64,000 bases of DNA, taken from NCBI GenBank assembly GCA_963735455.1, contig CAVTKZ010000004.1, positions 435,238 to 499,237 on the forward strand, written 5' to 3'. This document shows, piece after piece, positions 58,107 through 64,000 of this stretch; the stretch's first letter is position 1, and every line of letters begins with the position of its first letter. The position numbers and the translations under genes are program-made. The notes under the pieces are model-generated. The model saw nothing but the letters and a program-made list of their open reading frames with translations, had not been told where the DNA came from and did no database searches. The DNA comes from an uncultured Chloroflexia bacterium. GTDB taxonomy: Bacteria; Chloroflexota; Limnocylindria; Limnocylindrales; CSP1-4.

Positions 58107-59147
58107 ATGGACCAGCCGGCCGAGCGGGCTACGACGAGCGCCCTTGCCCCGCCCGACCCACGGGCCGCCGGCCCCGTCCCCGCCGAGCCGTCTGTCGCGG
58201 CGCTCGATACGATCAGGCTCCAGGCCGAGGAGCACCCACTCGTCGACGACGAGCCGCCGAAGTCGGCGATCGAGCATTGCCTGCGCCTGATGCATCTCAA
58301 GGCGTACGAAGTGGCGACCTCGATGGCTACCGGGCGCGATGTCCTCGACGTCGGCTGCAATACCGGCTATGGCACGATCGGCTTCGCTGGGGTTGCCCGA
58401 CGGGTGGTCGGCGTCGACGTGTCACAGACGGCCATCGCGGCAGCCCAGGCGATCGCGGTCGACGGCCGCCCCGAGTTCCTGACCAGCGATGGGCTGAGCC
58501 TGCCGTTCCCCGACGCGAGCTTCAGCCTCGTCGTCGCCTTCCAGGTCCTCGAACACCTCGACGATCCGTTGGCGTTCCTCCGTGAGCTCGCTCGGGTGTC
58601 GGCGCCCGGCGGGATCATCCTGCTCACGACTCCCAACGCAGCGACCCGGCTCTTCCCTGGGATGAGCCCCTGGAACCGGTTCCACGTCCGCGAGTACCGC
58701 GCCGCCGAGCTCGACGAGCTGCTCCGGGCGGTCTTCCTGTCCGTCACGATCCGCGGGATGTTCGGCGCGGCGACCCTGTACGAGACGGAGATCCGGCGGG
58801 TCGACGAGGCCCGCCGGCGGGTTCGCCGCAAGGAGGCGGCCCAGCGCGCCGCCGCCGCGGCCGCCGCCCGAATGGCCGCAGCCCGCGAACGGCCGCTGCC
58901 CGTCCGGGTCGCCCGGGCTGTCCTGCCGGCCGGCATGCGTGCCCGGCTCCGCTCGCTGGCCCGGCGGGGGTCGGCCCCGCCGGCGCGAGTTCCAGCACCG
59001 GTCTCAGTGCCGGCGCCCACAGCGTCAATCCCCGGCCCGGTGATGGATCTCGAGACATTCCTGCGCTTCTCCGTCGCCGACCTGTTCTATGCCGACACGG
59101 ACCTCGAGCGGGCGATGGACCTCATGGCGGTGTGTCGCCTCGCCTAG
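58107..59147 (+). CDS. Class I SAM-dependent methyltransferase with an Arg/Ala-rich C-terminal extension
   Basis: Motifs VLDVGCNTGYG and VVAFQVLEHL. Confidence 0.85.
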   Translation: MDQPAERATTSALAPPDPRAAGPVPAEPSVAALDTIRLQAEEHPLVDDEPPKSAIEHCLRLMHLKAYEVATSMATGRDVLDVGCNTGYGTIGFAGVARRVVGVDVSQTAIAAAQAIAVDGRPEFLTSDGLSLPFPDASFSLVVAFQVLEHLDDPLAFLRELARVSAPGGIILLTTPNAATRLFPGMSPWNRFHVREYRAAELDELLRAVFLSVTIRGMFGAATLYETEIRRVDEARRRVRRKEAAQRAAAAAAARMAAARERPLPVRVARAVLPAGMRARLRSLARRGSAPPARVPAPVSVPAPTASIPGPVMDLETFLRFSVADLFYADTDLERAMDLMAVCRLA

Positions 59148-59551
59148 GCCGTCGTTGGGCGCAACGCCCTGGGGATGACCAGCCGGATCGAGGTCTGGCT
59201 GGCCGAGAACGAGACGACCTTGTTGTCGACGAGGCCGGCGGCTTTCCCGGCCGCCATCACCTCGATGTCCCGGACGGTCGCCCCCTTGCCCTTGCGCGAG
59301 ACCACCCAGATCGCCCCGTTGGGCACGATCCGGGCGCGCAGGGAGGCCAGCCGCTGGAGCTCGGTCCCATCGTCGATCCCGAAGAAGACGAGGTTCGACT
59401 CGGGCAGCGGCTCACCCTCGGTGATGTCCTGGGTCCGCTCAGCCAGCAGGCGCCGGAACTCGCCGTCCTCGATGTTGATGACGGCAACCCGGGCGCCGGG
59501 CTTGACCCCGAGCTTGTCGAGCAGCGGTCCGGTGTAGACGACCTCGGCCAT
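59144..59551 (-). CDS. DUF3052-domain protein
   Basis: Sequences VYTGPLLDKLGVKPGARVAVI and NGAIWVVSRK. Confidence 0.85.
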   Translation of the reverse strand: MAEVVYTGPLLDKLGVKPGARVAVINIEDGEFRRLLAERTQDITEGEPLPESNLVFFGIDDGTELQRLASLRARIVPNGAIWVVSRKGKGATVRDIEVMAAGKAAGLVDNKVVSFSASQTSIRLVIPRALRPTTA

Positions 59552-59580
59552 CGCTGGATCGTGCCACGCCGCGGGCTACG

Positions 59581-61284
59581 ATGCGCGGCGTGACTGACGG
59601 TCCGCTGCTCGTCTTCGGCCCACGTTCGACGGCGTATGACTTCGGGCCGCACCACCCGCTGACGCCGCGCCGCTTCGGCCCGGGAATCGGCCTGCTCCGG
59701 ACGCTCGGCGCCGAGGCGGGGCTGGCGCCCGAGCCGGCCGACGAGCGCGAGCTCCTCGATGTGCATGCCGCGCACTACCTCGCGGCGGTTCGCCGCCTGT
59801 CGGCCGATCCCGATGGCCGTCCCGAGGCCGGCTTCGCCGCGTACGGCGACGACCCGCCGTTCCGCGGCATGCATGAGGCCGCGGCCGCCGTCGCGGGCGG
59901 CTCGCTCCGGGCGATCGAGGCGATCCTGCGGGGCGAGGTCGAGCACGCCTTCCACCCGGGCGGCGGGCTGCACCACGCGATGGCCGACCGGGCCTCGGGC
60001 TTCTGCATCTTCAACGACCCGGCCCTGGCGATCGCCGCCGCGCGGCGGGCCGGCCGGCGGGTCCTGTACGTCGACCTCGATGTCCACCACGGCGACGGCG
60101 TCCAGGCGATCCACTACGGCGACCCGGGCGTCCTGACGATCTCGATCCACGAGAGCGGCCAGACGCTCTTCCCCGGTACCGGCTTCGTGGGCGAGCTGGG
60201 CGAGGGCACCGCGGCGGGATCCTCGGTCAACCTGCCCCTGGAGGCTGAGACCGGCGAGACCGCCTGGCTGGCCGCGGTCCAAGGCCTGTTGCCCCAGCTC
60301 GCCGCCTATTTCGGGCCGGACCTGATCGTCAGCCAGCACGGCGCCGATAGCCACGCCTGGGATCCGCTGGCCCACCTGCGGGTCACGACGACGGCGATGG
60401 GCGAGGCGGCCCGGCTGGTCGACGCCATCGCCCATCGGCATGCCGCCGGCCGCTGGCTGGCAACCGGCGGGGGAGGCTACGACGTCTATCGAGTCGTGCC
60501 CCGGACCTGGGCCCTGACCTGGCTGGCGGGGGCCCACCGCCATCCGCCGGAGCTCACCGATCCGGGCTGGCAATCACGCTGGGCGGCCGATGCCCGGCGT
60601 TACGGGCAAGCTCCGCTGCCCGAGCGCTTCGCGGACCCGCCCAATGCCGGCCTGCCGTACTCGGAGTCTCAGCGCGCCGCGGAGGCCGGCTCGCTCGAGA
60701 CCGTGGCCCAGGTCCGGAGGACCGTCCTGCCGCGCCTCTTGCTCGTGGCCGAGGAGCGCGGCTGGTGGGATCCGCAAGCGGCCGTTTCGGCGACCGGCGA
60801 CCGCCCCGTCGTGGGTGGCGCTGATGCAACTCCGAGGATCATCCCGAACCTGGACGCGGACCTCCTCGACCGGCTGGCTCTGGCGCCTCGGACAATGCCG
60901 CCGGCCGATCCGCAGGCTGCCCGGCTGCTCCTCCTGGCGGCAATTCGCAACGGAGCCAAGGCCGCGGGCGCGGTCGCCGGAGATCGGCTTGTTGGCCTTG
61001 CTCTGGCCTCGTCCGCGTCAGGCCCAGGCTTCCCCGCCGAGATCCTGTGGGTCGGCGTCGCGCCGGAGCACCGCGGTCAGGGGCTCGCCGCCGCGCTCCT
61101 TGGCGGGCTGATCGCCGGCGTGGGCGCGACCGGAACCCGGTACGTTGCCCGCCTCGGCATCGCCGAGCGAGATGTTGTCGATCCGCTTCCGCTGGATGAT
61201 CGGCTCACGATTTCGGCCAGGATCCTCGCAACATCGGGCTTTCAGGCCGAACCCCGCGACGCCCGGTCCTGGTCTCGCGACTGA
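59581..61284 (+). CDS. Histone-deacetylase-family (AcuC-like) amidohydrolase fused to a C-terminal GNAT-like domain; start is ATG 59581 or GTG 59590
   Basis: HDAC motifs HPGGGLHHA and DLDVHHGDG. C-terminal GNAT motif A-like VGVAPEHRGQGLAAALL. Confidence 0.85.
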   Translation: MRGVTDGPLLVFGPRSTAYDFGPHHPLTPRRFGPGIGLLRTLGAEAGLAPEPADERELLDVHAAHYLAAVRRLSADPDGRPEAGFAAYGDDPPFRGMHEAAAAVAGGSLRAIEAILRGEVEHAFHPGGGLHHAMADRASGFCIFNDPALAIAAARRAGRRVLYVDLDVHHGDGVQAIHYGDPGVLTISIHESGQTLFPGTGFVGELGEGTAAGSSVNLPLEAETGETAWLAAVQGLLPQLAAYFGPDLIVSQHGADSHAWDPLAHLRVTTTAMGEAARLVDAIAHRHAAGRWLATGGGGYDVYRVVPRTWALTWLAGAHRHPPELTDPGWQSRWAADARRYGQAPLPERFADPPNAGLPYSESQRAAEAGSLETVAQVRRTVLPRLLLVAEERGWWDPQAAVSATGDRPVVGGADATPRIIPNLDADLLDRLALAPRTMPPADPQAARLLLLAAIRNGAKAAGAVAGDRLVGLALASSASGPGFPAEILWVGVAPEHRGQGLAAALLGGLIAGVGATGTRYVARLGIAERDVVDPLPLDDRLTISARILATSGFQAEPRDARSWSRD

Positions 61285-61313
61285 CCTGCCGGTCCCGCCA
61301 GCGCCCGAGCGCA

Positions 61314-61355
61314 GCAACGCGCCGGGTCGGATCCTCCTTCCGACCGGCGCGTTGC
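61314..61355. terminator. 17-bp-stem hairpin between the convergent HDAC-GNAT and DoxX genes
   Basis: GCAACGCGCCGGGTCGGA - TCCTCCT - TCCGACCGGCGCGTTGC (one bulged G). No clear U-tract. Confidence 0.55.
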
Positions 61356-61386
61356 CTTCAACGGCCGGCAGCCAGCCGGCCAGCGG

Positions 61387-62148
61387 TCAGTGGACGGCTG
61401 CCGGCGCCATCGACGCTGATCCTCGCGTCCCAACGCCCCAGGGGACGCCCAGGCGGGGCAGCAGGTAGCGGTCGACGCCGTAGTAGCCGGCCACCTTCCA
61501 GGCCAGGATCAGCCCGATCGTGAAGGCGAACATGATCGGGTTGACCGAGGTCGAGCCGGCCAGCAGGAAGCTCATGTTGAGGGTCGCCCCGAAGAACGCG
61601 GCGATCCCGGTCAGGGCGCCCAGGAGCAGGCCGATCCCGATCGCCATCTCGCCGAACGTGACCAGCCAGGCGAACCAGGTCTGGGCGTCGTGGTCGATCA
61701 GGAACTGGAGGACGCTCCGGTACCACTCGAAGGTGATCGCGGCGTGGCCGGTCGGGGGCACCGCCACGGCGTTCTTCCAGAAGCCCAGCAGCGACGCCCC
61801 GCCGCCGTTGACCCAGCCGGTCCCGGTCAGCTTGTCGTAGCCGGCGACGACCCATTCGAAGCCGAGGAACAAGCGGACCGGCAGCCAGATCAGGCCGGCC
61901 CGGGTGTTGCCGAACAGGTAGCGCGCAAAGGCCGGGCCCTCGACCTCGACCGAGCTCGCCTCGGGCGCGTTGCGATCCTCGAAGAGCAGGACCAATACGA
62001 CGATCATCAGGACCCAGAAGGCGACCGTCGCGATCCCCCGCTCGGTCGAGCCGACCGCCGGGAAGAACCACGGGTTGACCATGTAGAACAGGACGATGGC
62101 GGCCACCACCGCGAGCGGGACCGCCAGGCTGCGATAGCGCGCCAGCAT
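61387..62148 (-). CDS. DoxX-family membrane protein
   Basis: ATG 62148 (GGAGGG upstream). Sequences PVRLFLGFEWVVAGYDKL and FGEMAIGIGLLLG. Confidence 0.8.
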   Translation of the reverse strand: MLARYRSLAVPLAVVAAIVLFYMVNPWFFPAVGSTERGIATVAFWVLMIVVLVLLFEDRNAPEASSVEVEGPAFARYLFGNTRAGLIWLPVRLFLGFEWVVAGYDKLTGTGWVNGGGASLLGFWKNAVAVPPTGHAAITFEWYRSVLQFLIDHDAQTWFAWLVTFGEMAIGIGLLLGALTGIAAFFGATLNMSFLLAGSTSVNPIMFAFTIGLILAWKVAGYYGVDRYLLPRLGVPWGVGTRGSASMAPAAVH

Positions 62149-62304
62149 GATGTCGAAACCCTCCGTCTGTCCGGCGACCGGCCGATCAAGCCACGACCGT
62201 TGCCGCCCGATGCTGTTGCCAGAATCGGTCCGTCGATGGCGTGCTTGGAGGGCCAAAGGTCCTGCCGGCCCGGGTCCAAGGTCGTCTCCTATACTCCTCG
62301 TCCC

Positions 62305-64000
<1,696 letters not shown>

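Noticed and set aside
62230-62304. PafBC-type RecA-NDp box (TGTCRGTG-N8-TAnnnT) upstream of lhr, ku, ligD, the UDG gene or the alkZ-like gene.
   Set aside because: A -10 box is present before lhr, but the upstream octamer is absent. The new CATGACAG motif is absent at these genes too.

Overview
High-GC (about 70%), gene-dense chromosomal segment. Gene content looks Actinomycetota-like: MmpL, Lgt, Ku/LigD, SufB-SufD-Rieske, DUF3052, Lhr, SigK/RskA-like pair, and many leaderless-type starts. I found no rRNA, tRNA, CRISPR array, transposase or prophage genes.

Modules from left to right:
- An amino-acid/GABA-type catabolic block: ALDH, class-III aminotransferase, CoA-transferase A/B.
- A copper-handling operon: Tat multicopper oxidase, PCuAC, and a SCO1 fusion protein.
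- A second aminotransferase, then MmpL plus a coupled membrane protein, then a phosphotriesterase-family protein.
- About 750 bp of non-coding repeat-rich DNA, then OsmC and an AlkZ/YcaQ-like glycosylase.
- A Tat-signal small protein, DUF4331, a His-rich protein and a DMT transporter.
- A WYL regulator flanked by two copies of one promoter-proximal motif, then a GYD protein and a lipoprotein.
- A truncated suf operon (sufB, sufD, Rieske only).
- An OCD / penicillin-acylase / FAD-oxidase operon, then VIT1 and a cupin.
- A second non-coding patch with a MITE-like element.
- Lrp, ECF sigma and anti-sigma, then UbiE, then Lgt overlapping a PlsC-type acyltransferase.
- CBS and cystathionine gamma-lyase, lipoprotein and secreted proteins, and an orphan ABC permease pair.
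- A degenerate GGDEF protein, Ku and LigD, then MFS and CaCA transporters.
- A DUF255 thioredoxin-domain protein, a NUDIX-MBL fusion, UDG, TatA, a methyltransferase, DUF3052, an HDAC-GNAT fusion, DoxX, and partial Lhr.

The most pervasive anomaly is about 15 single-nucleotide frame breaks spread over 10 or more otherwise healthy-looking genes. This is either consensus indel error or very recent pseudogenisation.

Best candidates for undescribed biology:
- The Tat-partner/DUF4331/His-rich metal cluster.
- The WYL regulator with its shared 24-nt motif.
- The Lgt/acyltransferase overlap or fusion.
- The HDAC-GNAT fusion.

All functional calls come from reading motifs in the supplied translations. 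No database search was run.
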